Source: Piromyces finnis finn
Lineage: Eukaryota; Fungi; Neocallimastigomycota
DNA: 64,000 nt
Reading direction: 5' to 3'
NCBI GenBank assembly: GCA_002104945.1
Contig: MCFH01000022.1
Location: 558,001-622,000 of the forward strand
The translations under genes and the position numbers were made by a program. Shown one piece after another: positions 13,794-28,118 of the stretch (the stretch's first letter is position 1; each line of letters begins with the position of its first letter). The notes under the pieces were generated by a model that was not told the DNA's origin, ran no database searches, and saw only the letters and a program-made list of their open reading frames with translations.

Positions 13794-14956
13794 TTGGTGA
13801 GATATTGTTTATCATTAAATTTTTTTTTTTTAAAATTGAAATTCGTTTTTTTTTATATTGTAAATTATTTTCCATTGGTAATAATAGTATAGACAAATGT
13901 TATCGCACAAGGTATATTGTATTTCATAAAAAAAAAAATATTCAATGTTCATTAATAATATTAGAAAAAAAAATTTTTTTTATTATATTTGATTGAATTG
14001 AAATTGATTATAGATTTAAATTTAATTTTGGGAGGGGTTGTATAAAAAGTAAAATAATATTGCATTTTCAAGTAGTTTATTATTATTATCATATAGATTT
14101 AAAAATTAAGAAAAAAAAAAAGATTGTTAATGAATATATAAAATATAAATACTGTATATATGTTTTCAATAAAAGATTTAATTCTATTTTTTTTTTTTTT
14201 TAGATTTCTATAAGGAATTGAGATTTCGAATGTGAAATTTATTTATATTTAATACATATAAATTTCAAATTATAAATAAATAAAAACAGTTTTAATTCTT
14301 CACTCTATTATACTACTTACGCTCTTCTCTATTATAAAAGGGAACAAAAAGACATTTCAATATATAAAAAAAGTAGTTTATTTAAATAATGGTATAATAA
14401 TTTAGTTTAGTATGAATAATCCATCTTTTATTTTATTTTATTTTTTTTTTTTTTTTTAAAAAAAAATTACTTGTAATTCCCAGTCGTAATAGTCGCTTTC
14501 AACTTTATATTTTAATTGTAAAGTTATTTATATTTATATGAATATAGACCAATAATGATTTTTTTTTTTTTTTTTTTATTTAAAAAAAAAAAAGAAAAGA
14601 AAAATAAAACTTTTGTAATTAGAAATAAAAAGTTTATTAACAATGAAATATATAACGATAATACCATGAATAAAACCAGAATATTTTCTTATTCCTAATT
14701 CTTCACAAGCTTTAATAACCTAAATATTAAAAAATAAAACTACATTGAGTAATACTAATCCAATTTATGATAATATAAAAAGAGTGAGAATGCGTGCATA
14801 GTTTTAGTATTTAACCTTTTTAACTGTTTCTGGTGCATCATCTAATTTTTCTTTGAGATTTTCTTCTTCTAAATATTTAAGATACTTTGGAGTAACTTTT
14901 TTGTTTTGATAAATTTCAGTAAGTTGTTGAATTAAATTTTCAATTTGACTTTCCAT
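12536..14956 (-). CDS. YbaK/aminoacyl-tRNA synthetase-associated (tRNA-editing deacylase) family protein, eukaryotic type, 223 aa
   Basis: Eight phase-consistent exons: 14956-14816, 14719-14665, 14502-14471, 14328-14321, 13713-13628, 13372-13230, 12959-12858, 12640-12536. Motifs SDYYDW, HMCKTVVMEN (conserved Lys), SKYYAVCVQY, LTGFDKNGVCPIG, FYLGAGDVDWK. Confidence 0.85.
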
Positions 14957-15017
14957 TTTTTTTTTTTTTTAATACAATAAAAGGAAATAAAGATATAATT
15001 TGATGAAAAAAATATAA

Positions 15018-15094
<77 letters not shown>

Positions 15095-17305
15095 TAAATA
15101 TTATTGATTAATGGATGAATATATAACTAATTAAATAAATTAATTAATAAATAAATGAATAAATAATTTAATAAACAAATAAATATTAATTATATAAAAT
15201 TTAATTAATTAATCCAATAATTTTTGATGATTCATTTTTTATAATCTTAATTAATTATCTAATTTAATACTAATTTATTCATTAACTTTAATATAATAAA
15301 TTTATTTAAAATATAATTATTTATTTATTAAAATAATTTTTTGAATCTTTTAATTAAAAAATTATTAAATGGATAACTTTAAATTCATTAAAGTAATTTA
15401 TGTTACGGGTAATGGATAGTTTTAGTTTTATATATATTCATTAAACTTTAGATAAAAAAAAAAAAGGTGAATTACTATGATGAGATGATCATTAAAAATT
15501 TTAAAAATGAAGTGATTTTTGCATATATGCAGAATATTTAAATAATAATAAAAATTAATTTATATTTTATGCAACCTTTTTTTTTTATTTTTATTTTTAA
15601 ACTTTGATCAAAAACTATAATCTTAATATAATTATGCAGTTTTTAATTCCAATGCTAAATTCAATTTATTTTGTTAATTCATTTTCTTACTTTATTTTTA
15701 GGTAAATAATTAAAATAATAAATGTATAAAGAAATGGGAAGATTAAAATATTTTATTAATAGAAGAAGTTATAATGTTCTATGTACAATAATGATTATAA
15801 ATTCAAAGTTAAAAAAAAATATCAATCTTTTATTATAATGATGCTTTTTTTTTTTTATTTTTTAAAAATAATTAAATATATTATTTAATTAATGTTTTTT
15901 TTAGAAACATTTTCTCTTACTTTACTCTTTTATGAATGGAATAGAAAATAAAATAAAATAAAATAAAATAAAAAATAAAAAATAAAAAACTCATTTAAAA
16001 ATACCTTTTAAAAAAATCTTTTTTTTTTTGTTTTTTTTAATTAATTTTTTAATTTATTTTTTACTTTTTTTTTTTTTTTAATTAATTAGCTGTCATTTTT
16101 TTTAGTCACAAAAAGAGATAAAAAAATTTGACTTTTATTTTGATGGAATAAATACTTTTAACATTATCTTTTTTATTAAAATATAAAAATAAAATATAAA
16201 AATAAAATATAAAAAAATTATAATTAAATAAATAATAAATAAATAATCTTATTATTATTGTTTTTTTTATTAATAATATTCATTAATATATTTTCCACTC
16301 ATATCCGATAGTTTTTTTTTTTTTTAAATAAAAAGATAGACTAAATGGTGTAATAAATCATTTTTTATTTTTATGAGAAAACTAAAAAACCATTGTAATT
16401 ATTAATGCTTTTTTTTTTTTTTTATATTTACATCTTATTTTATTTTATTTTAATGCAATTATTATTATTATTATTATTTTTCTCCTTTTCATTTTCCCTC
16501 AATTATTATTATTCATATTTTTTATTTTTAGCTATTTTAAATTTGACACATTTTTTAATAAATTGAAATTAAATGTATTATATCAAATGATAATCTTAAT
16601 CTATAGGAAAGTCATGTTATTGACTATTATTGTTGATGATGATGATGTTTGAGAAAAAAAAAAAGTGGTGTTATGAATAAAATAAAAAAAATAAAAAAAA
16701 AAAAAAACTTTTTTTTTATTAAGATTTTTCGGTTTTTCTTTCCATTAATTAATTTTCAATTTCAATTTAATTTTTAATTTATTATTATTTTTTTTTTAAT
16801 TTATAAAATCATATGTTTTTTTTTTTTTTTAATAATAAAATAAAAATTTTACTCCAAAAAAAAAAAGATTTTACTTATTAAAACAAAAACCTTAAAAGAA
16901 AAAAACGAATCTTTTTTTTTTTTTTTTTTTTTAATTAAATAATTAATCAAAAAAAAAAAAAAAATAATAATAATTCATTTTTATATATTTTTTAAATAAA
17001 ATAAAATAAAAAAAGAAATATTATATATAAAAAAAGAGAAAATAAAATTTATATTTTTATTAAAGAAAGAATTTTTCAACGTAAAAAACAACCGAAACTG
17101 AACTTCTAATCTTTGACAACTTGCTGCTGATTTTTTTTTTTTTTTTTTTTATCGGAAGGAGAAAAAAATATTGAAAAAGATTATTTTTTATTTATTTTTT
17201 TTTTTAAATTTTGAATAATTATAATAAAAAAAAAAAAAAAAAAATTAGAAAAAAGTTAAATCTTTATAATAAATCAAACAAAAAAAAACTTTAAAAGATA
17301 ACAAC

Positions 17306-17370
<65 letters not shown>

Positions 17371-17585
17371 GATAAAATAAAGCTTTAAAAAAAAAAAAAG
17401 AAATCTATTAAGTAAATAGGATAATACACACAAAGAAGAAAAAAATAGTTTTTTTTTTTTTTTTTTTTTTTTGAATTTTGACAAATTTTGTTATTATAAA
17501 AAAATAAAGTAAAAAAATATATAAAGAAGAATAATTACAATACTTTAATAAATTATAATAAATAATTAATACTTCAAGGAAAAAA

Positions 17586-20548
17586 ATGGGAAATTATAAA
17601 GGAATATTAAGAAATTATTGGATATTTCTAGTTACTCTAATATTTTATTGTATTGGAATTTCAGTACATTTTATAGCTCAAAAGAAAGGTCCATATCCTC
17701 ATAAAGGAAAAGATATATTAGAAAAGGTTTCTTCACAGACAGAAACAATAATAGATTTTTCTAATAAAAATAATGATACGGCTCATGCCGTTGACTCTAA
17801 CGAGTCAATATATTCCAAACCAGATAATTTATTCTATTTTGTACAGGTATATTTTAATAATAATAATAATAATAATAAAATGGATAAAAAAAAAAAAAAA
17901 TGTTTACAATGAACCAAAAGATTTTTAAAATTTATAAATTTCAATTTCAGTATGTTATAAAATTAAATAAATTAATTACTTATTAATTAATTAATTAATA
18001 GATTTCAGATGTGCATATGTCTTCAAAATATACCAGAGGATCTCAAGGTCATTTATATTATTTTTTTAAAAAAATGATACCAATAATTGATCCAAACTTT
18101 CTATTTATTACCGGTGATATCACGGATTCCTTAACTAAAGGTTTAAGTATAAAAACATTAGAAGAGGATTGGATTATGTACCGAAAAATTATAGAAGAAA
18201 CCGGTGTTGATACTAAGAATAATGGTACTTTCCTTTGGGATATTAGAGGAAATCATGATTGCTTCATGATCCCAGAATGGGATAGTGAGTATAATTATTA
18301 TAAGGATTACTCTCATACCAAAACTAGAGGCTTTTCATTTAATTATAATACTGACTATGGCAGTTATTCATTTGTTGGTTTAGATGGATGGTAAGTCATG
18401 GTATACGAAATGAATAAAAAATAATAATAGTAATAAATAAAAATGATATAAAAAATAATGAATAATAATGAACTAAGTGTATCTCATTAATAAAATCCAA
18501 TTATTTGTATATATTTTATTGGTAAAATAATAATAATAATAATACTATATATATATACAATAGTCCAATCTTAACAACAATAAATCCATTTTTTGGTATT
18601 ATTGATGAAGTTATGATGGAAAATTACGGTACATTTATGGAAAAATCAAAAGATAATACTAATAATAAACATAATTTTGTATTGAATCACTACCCAGAAA
18701 CAGTAGTTAAATTTGGTAAATCCTATACCGGTAAAGAATGGAATAATTATACAAAAGATATTTCTTTATTGTTATCAGGTCATTTACATACAATTGGTGG
18801 TAAATATTATTATTTTTATATATTAATAATCTAATAATACTATTATACTATTTGAAATAATAAAGTATTATACATTAGTAACAATTTGAAATATATATTT
18901 TTTTTAATATTATTCATACTTAATAAATCATTAAATAATATATATAAATATATTAGGTCAACGTGTTTATGCCTATCATAAAGACTTTTTAGAACTTGAA
19001 ATTAGTGATTTCAAATTACATGGTAGATATCGTATCGTTTCTGTTGATCATGATGTGGTAAACTTTTCTGATAAAAATCTTCCATTACCTTCATTACCTT
19101 TTGATTTTAAAGAAAGTGATATTGATAAATTAATTAAAAATCCACCAGAAATATTTAATAAAGATATACCTCCAATTGTCCATATAACTCTCCCAAAGGA
19201 TAGTCGTTTTAATTTAAAGAAAAATGAACCAGTAAAAGAATCCTATGCCTCTGACTATGTTAGAGTTTTAGTATTTAGTAGTCTTTCACCAGCAGATTTA
19301 AATCTTTCTCTTTATATTGATGATGTTCTTCAAGAAGCTAAATTCCAATATGTTGGTGATCAAAAATTAACTAAAAGATCTAAAGTAAGTATTCAAAAAA
19401 GAGATAGTCAACATGATAAGCATACCATTCAATCAAATACCCCACCTTTATGGGTTGCTAAATGGAATAATACCATTTTTGATGATGGAAAATCCCATAC
19501 TCTTAAAGTAGTGGTTAAGGATAAGCAAGGTAATACTGGGGATGATTCTATATCTTTCCGTGTGGATGGTGAAAGTGATGCTATGGATGTACCTGTTATG
19601 ACTCAATTTATTTTAAAATCTGTTTTGGTAAAATCTGTAAGTAATATATATCATTTCTATAATTTATATATCTGTAATCATAATATTTAAAATTTAAAAA
19701 TATATATATTTTTTTAAACGTTTTTTATATATATTTTTTTTCCCCAAAACATTTTATTATTATTAATATTATTTTTATCAACTATTCATTTATTAATGTA
19801 TTTTGTTTATAATTTATATTATTTATAATAATTAATATATATATAGCTTCCAGTATTATTTGGAATAGTTTTTATTCTCTTTGAAATTGCCATTCTTCTT
19901 TCAAGATGGTATTTCATTAAAAATATTATACCAAAGCATCCAGACATTCCTTTCTTACCAACAAGATATATTGGTGATATGATTTCAGAAGAAATAAAAC
20001 ATTTTAAAGAAGGTGGATTCTTTAAAAGACATTATTGTGCACCATTTATTGAAGCCTTTACCTTTAATGGTGTATTCTATCCAATTCAAATACTTCTTAT
20101 ATGTTTATTAGTATTACCTGCAAAAATTGGTGTCATGACAAGATCTTCAGAAAATGTTTCTTCCATTGGTGGCGAATTTTTATATGGTTCCTACATTTCA
20201 GGTCAATGGAGTAATGTTTATGATCAGTATGGTTTATACCTTTTATATTTCATTTTTTTCCCAATTCTCGATACCTTTATCATTTGTTCTTTAAATAAAA
20301 AAAATGAACCTAATCGAATAATTACCATTCTTCTTTTGTCCTTTTTATTCTTTATCCAAGTGGCTTTATGTATGACATTAAGTATGGTTTTTGGTGGTAT
20401 TTTGGCAGTATTCTTAGCTCCTTATCCTAATTGGATTTGTTTTTATTCCTGGACTTTGATATACATTATTATAATTCGTCGTTTTAAACAAAAATCTAAT
20501 AAACCGGTAACGCCTGAACTTGTTTCAGCTCAAGCAGTACAAGTTTAA
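17586..20548 (+). CDS. TMEM62: TMEM62-like calcineurin-type metallophosphoesterase with C-terminal TM helices, 755 aa
   Basis: Exons 17586-17846, 18002-18390, 18564-18799, 18957-19636, 19847-20548. Motifs ISDVH, TGDITD, RGNHD, NHYP, SGHLH; N-terminal anchor and several C-terminal TM segments. Confidence 0.85.
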
Positions 20549-21124
20549 AACGTATATTTCATCATCATGATGTCAAAAATTTAAAAAAAAATATATACCA
20601 ATAATACCATAATCCATACTATATATAAAAATAAAACAAAACAAAATGAACAAGAATTCCCATTTTAATAATAACAATATCAATCCTTTACACTATTATC
20701 AAAAAAAAAAAAAAAGTAAAAATCTTTACAATAAGTTATATTTCAATAATCTAATTTACATTATTATCAAAAAAAGTAAAAATTGTTACAATTAGTTATT
20801 ATATATTATAAAGCAAAAGCAAAAAAAAAAAAAAAAGTTGATTTTTTTTTTTTTTTTTTTCCATAATGCGTTATACCATACACATAATAAAGTTTTTTTT
20901 TTTTAATATTTATAAGTTTTTATTTTATTTTATTTTATGATCCATTTATCGGTCATTTAATATAATTATATACAATCATTATTATTGTAATCATTATCGT
21001 TAAAAAAAAAAAAAAATAATCATTTTTTCATTTTCTTTTTTATTATATTTTTAATATATAAAGAAATGAAGAAATGATTCTTTTTATTATCAATATCAAT
21101 AAATAAAGAAAAAAGAATATATAT

Positions 21125-21178
<54 letters not shown>

Positions 21179-21264
21179 GAATTTTTATTTTTTTTTTTTT
21201 TTATTTTTTTATTGATAGTGAAATAGGTTTAAGGAAATTTAAACCTATAATTTGTTTCTTATTC

Positions 21265-21275
21265 GATGCCGTTAG

Positions 21276-21306
<31 letters not shown>
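21265..21306 (+). mobile_element. Extremely 5'-truncated non-LTR retrotransposon insertion (GATGCCGTTAG + A31)
   Basis: Flanked by the 12-bp direct repeat TGTTTCTTATTC (21253-21264 and 21307-21318). The insert matches the LINE 3' terminus GATGCCGTTA(A)n starting at 49970. Confidence 0.7.
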
Positions 21307-21308
<2 letters not shown>

Positions 21309-21533
21309 TTTCTTATTCCAATATTATTATATTATCCATCGGGCAGGCGATATAAATAAAATAATGTGGAATGAAATAAAGATACATTTTAAAATTTGGG
21401 TAAATATATTTTATTGTCGGTATTTTTTTTATCCATCTTTTCTATATAAAATGTTAAATTTCTTTTTTTTCTTTTTTTTTTTCTTCCTTTTTTTTATTTC
21501 TTCAGTATTATTATTATCTAGATTCTTTTTTTG

Positions 21534-23131
21534 TTAATTATTATTAGTAGTATTATTGTTATTATTTCCACCCAGGGTAATTCCTTCCCATCGACCTTTA
21601 AAAATAGCTCGTGTTACCCCCGGAGTTAAATAACCTACATCTTTTGATTTATCAACGGCAGGTGGTCTTTGTATTTGTTCTGGTATAACAAACGGTTGAA
21701 TAGGTACATAACTTCCAGGATCAATAGGAGATACATTATCTAATTCTGTTTGATCATAAATATTTGGATCCGATATGAAATAAGGTGGAGGAAGAGTAGG
21801 AAGTATATCTTCAAAGGAAGAAGGAATACTATCTTTTTCATCTAGAGTTGTTTCATTTTCATCATATCCTTTTTCCATTGATTTTTTATTTATCTTTTCA
21901 TCTTTTCTTTTTTCCATCTTCACTTCTTCTTCTGAATCTTTTTCCTCTTTTTTTATTTTTTTAGGAAAATCTTGGAGAGGTATTGTGGTAGTGGTATTTA
22001 TAGTGTTGCCGTTGATGACAGTAGATATTTTTGATGAGACATTCTGCTCATTTTTTATTCCTTTTATTGGAGAAGAGGGTAGGATTGTTGAACTTTTTAT
22101 TTTAGTATCTTTGAGTTTTTGTTGTTGGGTTGATTCCCCTTCTTCTAATTTTCTTTTCAATTTTTTGGGAAAAGTAACCGGGGATAAATCTAGTAACTTA
22201 TAAAATAAAATAAAATAAAATTAAAATTAAAATTAAAATTAGTTATTTAACTCTAATCTGTACTATAATAGATTTTTTTAAAAAATTTAATTGATTGAAA
22301 AAAAAAAAAAAAAAAAAAATTATAAGATTGTATATTATAGTAAATCGTTGCAATTAATTAAAATTTCTCACAATTCTTTTTTTTTTTTTTTTGAAAAAAA
22401 ACTTACAGAAATTTTGTCAAAATTCAAATAATTATCTGCAACAGTTGCTAAATAGCTCAAATTTGTTTGAAGACGTCTTTGATATCTGTTTCCATAGATA
22501 ATTATTAATCAATGATTATTATTATTATTTTTTTTTACATTTATATAAATTTTAATATAAAAAAATTAAAATTTTTAATTAGTATTAATTAGAAATGTGT
22601 TTTTATTGTTATACTATTTTAATAATTAAATATATATATATAAGTACTTACATTATAAAATCTGGATCTTCAATCCAACCATAGTTTTGATATTCTATTA
22701 ACACTTTAATTAATTTTTTATTGATTTCCAGTATCTGTTATTGACATTATCATTTTTTATTATATAAAAATAAATAAATATATATATTATTAATGTTATT
22801 AATTATTTGTTGATAAATTTCAATTTATTTCTTTTATTTCTTTTATTTATTATTATTGAATTGAAAAAAAAAGAAAAACATTATTTTTCCTTTTTATTAA
22901 ACATATATACATTTTGAATGGTAGAATAACCTAATTGAGGGACCAAGACAGGTTGAAGTACAGAACCACTATCTTCTCCTTTTGAAGTTAATTTATTTTT
23001 ATTATTGTTAGGGTTATTTTGAAGGGATATAGTGGAGGAGGAAGAGGTAGAAGAGGATGTATTATTTATTATAATTGGATTTTTTTTTATTATTTCAATA
23101 TTTTGGCTATTATTGAGATTATTATTCACCA

Positions 23132-23132
<1 letters not shown>
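21534..23132 (-). CDS. SS18: SSXT (SS18/GIF N-terminal) domain protein, probable SWI/SNF-associated subunit, 348 aa
   Basis: Exons 23132-22911, 22734-22652, 22485-22407, 22196-21534. The spliced segment TIQNILEINKKLIKVLIEYQNYGWIEDPDFIIYQRRLQTNLSYLATVAD matches the SSXT pattern. Confidence 0.8.
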
Positions 23133-23162
<30 letters not shown>

Positions 23163-24654
23163 CTGGATATATATAATAGGGAAAAAAAAATACTATTTAT
23201 TAATTTATTTTAATTCTAATAAATATTATTATGAAGTTGTAGCTGCTGTTGTTATAGAGGAATGTAATTCGTTTTATTATTTATTTAATAAATGAAAAAA
23301 AAAAAAGAGTATAAATTTCATGAAAATAACTGTTAGTCATACGATAGATAGAATGTTAAATTGCTATAAAATTTTTTTTATAATTGATTGTTATTAAATA
23401 TATTAAAAATAAGAAATATTATTATTGTTGCTGTTGCTATTGTTGTTGCATTAAAAGTAACACTTTAAAAACAGGCAAAATAAATAAAGATTAAAAACAC
23501 AAGATGAAATCAATTTTTTTTAACATTTTCCAAATTTTTTACAGACACAAAAAAAAAAAAAAATTTTAATAAAATGTGTGACAACGAAAATTTAAATAAA
23601 TTAAAAAAGTAAAAAAAGAAAAAAATGAATTAAATATTCCAAAAAAAAAAAAAAAAAAAACTTTTTAAAGTAACTAAAAAAGTAACTAAAAAAAAAAAAG
23701 AAAGAAAAAAGAAAGAAAGAAAGAAAAAAAGAAATATTTATTTAAATAAAAAAATGAAAAAAAAAAAAAAAAAAAAATTCATATCCGCTAGAATTAGTAT
23801 TCCTCAAAAATTTAATTTTTTTTAATAAAAAAATGAGGATTACATTATAAAAATATTTAAATATTTATCCTAGATTTTTGGAAAATTTAGCCAGAGCTCC
23901 TGGCCTAGAAAGTAATGAATCTCTTTATTTAATAAAGAAAAGTGATTAAATGATTCTTATAGGAATTTATAGTCTATATCCATATATATATGTATATATT
24001 TTAGAATTGTCACATTTACTATTTTTATTACTAATAAATGAACAAATGGACAAACAAATATCAATACACCAAAATGATAATAGTAGTTATCTTTATTATT
24101 CAATAATGATAAAATTAGTTATTACAATTTAGAAAAAAAAAAAAAACGATACTTTTTTCTTTTTAGTTATAAAATTATTATTATTATTATTGTTGTTGTT
24201 GGTATTAATTGTAATTTGATAAAAAAAAATTAATTTTTTTTTCTATTTTATTTTCGATAAAATTCATTACTTTTTATATTCATTGACATTCAAAAAAAGT
24301 ATATATAAAATGTACATACAAGCGTTTATGAATAACAAAAAAAATATATATATAATAATAAAAAAAAAAGCTAAAATAAATTTATTAGTAATAATTATTT
24401 TCTATTTTTTGAATTATTTTTTATAAAAAAATAAATGGATTGTAACGGTAGGTAGACATGACAATTCATGTCACTAGATATATGTGATATATGTCAGATA
24501 TTAAATATTACTCATCATTAAATGATGAATATTAAAAATTTAATTTTTATTCTTATTATTTCTTTTAAATAAAAGGAAAACTTTAAAAGGTATATATCTA
24601 TTTATATTTGTGTATTTTTTTTTTTATTTCTTCTCCCTTCTTCTTTTGTTCTTT

Positions 24655-25767
24655 TCATTTTTTTAATTCTTCTTTTTTTTTATCTTTTTGATAATCTGTT
24701 AATTTTCTTAAAACCTTTGCAGGATTACCACCAACAACACAATCAGATTCAATATCTGTGCTAACAACACTTCCTGCTGCAATTACCACTCTATCACCTA
24801 TTGTTACTCCCGGTAATACAATACAACCTGCTCCAAAGAAACAATCATTTCCAATCTTTATTTTTATACATTTCAATTTTTTTTGGGGACAAAAAAAAAA
24901 GGAATAACAAACCAATTTCAATATTTAATATTATATACATTTATAATATACATAAAAGAAAAATTCTTATAATAGTTAATATATTTTATTTTATTTAATT
25001 ATTTTTTATATATTATATATATAGTTTAAAATATTTATAGTTAACTATTTCAATTAATTATTACCTTGACTGGTTTGGTATATTCTATTCCATTTTTTCT
25101 TTCTTTATAATCTAATGAATGTGTTACTGTTATTATTTGACATCCTGGACTAAATAAGCAGTCATTACCAATGGTAACAGGTCCACAATCTAAAATTACA
25201 TTAAATACATTAAACATACTTTTTTTTTTTTTTTTCATCATTATTATTTCCAATATACAAATAAATAGATAAATATAATTTAAATAGTTAGAATTAATTA
25301 TTCAGTATTATTCAATGGTTTATAAAATTTCATTTTATTATTATTTAATACTAAATTTTATTATAATTTGTTTATTTTTTTTTTTTATTTATTTTTTTTT
25401 TTTAAAAATTTATAAAATGAAATGTACCTTCTATTACCAATTGAAACATTATAGCCATAGTCACAATGGAAAGGAGGTTCAATATACGACCCTTTTCCAA
25501 ACTTTTTAAATAATTTTTCGAAATATTTAATTCTTGTCTTGTAGTCATCAGCTTCTAATTTATCAATATCTTTTATTATTTTTTTTACATTTCCAACATT
25601 CATCACATAATTCATCATTGTAACTATCATACATTTCTCCGGTAATCATTTTCACTTTTTCACTTTTTTCTTTTATTTCAATAATTTCAATTTCATCATT
25701 CTCTTTTAATTTCATTTTTTTATTTACCCTTTTTTTTTCCTGTTGTTGAAGATGCTCTTTTACTCAT
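24655..25767 (-). pseudogene. maa: Maltose O-acetyltransferase-like copy A, with two +1 homopolymer frameshifts in exon 1 (pseudogene or assembly error)
   Basis: Exons 25767-25428, 25218-25065, 24855-24655. Motifs YIEPPFHCDYG, hexapeptide repeats, GGNPAKV. Removing one base from each of T9 (25730-25738) and T8 (25579-25586) restores a full frame. Confidence 0.7.
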
Positions 25768-26843
25768 TTTTTTTTTTTTTTTTGTTCTTTTATTCTTCTT
25801 CTTCTTCTTTCTCTAATTACAATAATTTTTTTTTCTTCAATAAAGGTAATATTATTCTTTTTTTTCTTTCTTTCTTTCTTTCTTTCTTATTCTTTTTCCA
25901 CTTTCTTTTCTTCTTTCCTTCCTTTATAACAAAACTAAAATCAAATTGAAACAACAACCAACAAAAAAAAATAATAATAATAAATAAAAAAAAATATTAT
26001 TTTTTTTACTTTTAAAAAAAAATGCTAAGATATTTTTATTTTATTATTTTTTAAGATTTAATATTATTTTATATATAAAAAAAAATATATTTTTTTTAAT
26101 GATATTTTAATGATTCCCAACCTTTTCTTAACTTCCTTTCCTTCCTCATAACTACCACTCTTTTATATTTTTATGAATTTATATGCATTAAATGTATTAT
26201 GCAAATATCCGCATTTTCTATTTTCTTTTTTGTACTTTGTACAATTTTTTTTTTTTTTTTTTAATTTTTTATTATGGATCATCCATTAATTTTTTTTTTT
26301 TTTTTTTAATAATTTTTAGAATAATGGATAAATTGGTTTAAGTTTTTATTTTTTTTTTTAAAAAGAAAAGAATTGACTTTATTAAATAATGTTATGTAGG
26401 CAATAATTATTACCATTTTTTATTTTTCTATTTTCTTATAATACGACTATTATATACGATTCAAAGTAATAAAATAAATATACACACTCTTTCTTTGCCT
26501 ATATATATAATTCGAAATGAATTATTAGTATCATTAAATTATTCTTTGTATATACATTAAGAATTTTTTTATTGTTAACTATTTTACAAATATATACGAA
26601 TATACATATATCTCTCTCTAAAAAAAAAAGAAAAGAAAAGAAAAAAAAAAGGACTTTTTTTTTCAATCTATATTTTATATTAAACCTTTTTTTCTTTCTT
26701 TCTTTCTTTCTTCTCTATTTATTTAAATATAACCTATTAGAAATAATAAATCAAATGTGAAATACAATTCAGTTTATTGCATTTCTTTTCTTTTTTTTTA
26801 TTATATAATAGAAAAAATAATGCATTTAAAGGAAAATATGAAT

Positions 26844-27030
26844 TTATTTCGTTTTTCCAACAACTTTTGCAGGATTACCAGATACAATACTATTTGATTC
26901 AATGTTTGTAGATACAACACTTCCTGCACCTATAACAACTTTATCTCCAATTGTAACTCCTGGCAAAATAATAGAACCTGCTCCAATAAAACAATCATCT
27001 CCTATCTATATTTTTTTTTAAAAAAAAAAT

Positions 27031-27067
<37 letters not shown>

Positions 27068-28118
27068 TTTTAGAATATATAATATGTATAATATGTATAA
27101 TATGTATATGTATATAAGAGTTTTATATTTTATAATATTTATAATAATATTTATAGTTGAGGATATATATATATATATATAATACTATTATTTTTATTTA
27201 CTTTCACAGGTAATGTTAATTCTTTTTCAAATTCTCTTTCAATTAATGGGTGAGTAACTGCAATAATTTTACAGTCGGGTCCAATTAAACAATTATCCCC
27301 AATGGTAACATAAGTACAATCTAGTATGGTTAAGTTAAAGTTGATACTACTGTAATATTGTTGTTATAGTAATTATTATTGTATTGTTATAATTGTTGTT
27401 ATAATTGTTGTTATTATTATTATTATTATTGTTATTGTTATTATTATTGTTGTTGTTGTTGTTATTTTTAAAATATCATTTTATTATTTTGAAATGTAAT
27501 TTTTTATTTATTTTTTTATATATGAAAATATTTATTTTAAAAATGAATATGAATATGAATATGAATATGAATGTTTTTTAAGTAATTCAACAATTTCAAT
27601 AATATTATTAATATTATTTTAAATATTTTATATATATATATTTTAAATAAATACCATTTTTTACCAATTGAAATATTTGAACCATAGTCACAACGAAATG
27701 GAGGTTCAATATAACTTTGGTCTCCAAACTTTTTAAATAATTTTTTAAAGCAGTCTAATCTTTTATCGAATTCTTCAGGTTCAGAATCGTTAATTTTTTT
27801 TAAAAGTTTTCTACATTCAATACGTTCTTTTATTAATTGTGGGTCATTATAATTATAAGTTTCGCCCATTATCATTTTGTCTTTTTCTGTTTTTTCTTTT
27901 TCCTCTTTTATTTCTATTATTTCTATATCCTTATTATTCTTATCTGTATCATTCTCACTGTTCTTAGTGTCCTTGGTATCTTTTTTATTATCTGTTATAT
28001 TATCAATTTCATCAAATTCTTCTTTTTCTGCTTTTTCTATAGCTTCTATATATAATTTTGCTTTTTTATTTGATTCTGTTTCGTCAGAATTCGAATTTGA
28101 ATTTGTTCTTTTACCCAT
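26844..28118 (-). CDS. maa: Maltose O-acetyltransferase-like copy B with acidic N-terminal extension, 257 aa
   Basis: Exons 28118-27655, 27349-27202, 27005-26844. Motifs [43 protein letters not shown]. Confidence 0.85.

Noticed and set aside
16720-17160. Scattered CGG/CCG triplets upstream of the TMEM62-like gene as Zn2Cys6 sites
   Set aside because: No consistent spacing or orientation; cannot be supported from sequence alone.
23019-23295. Overlapping hydrophobic plus-strand ORFs
   Set aside because: Antisense to SS18-like exon 1 and poly-T tracts; no independent coding signal.
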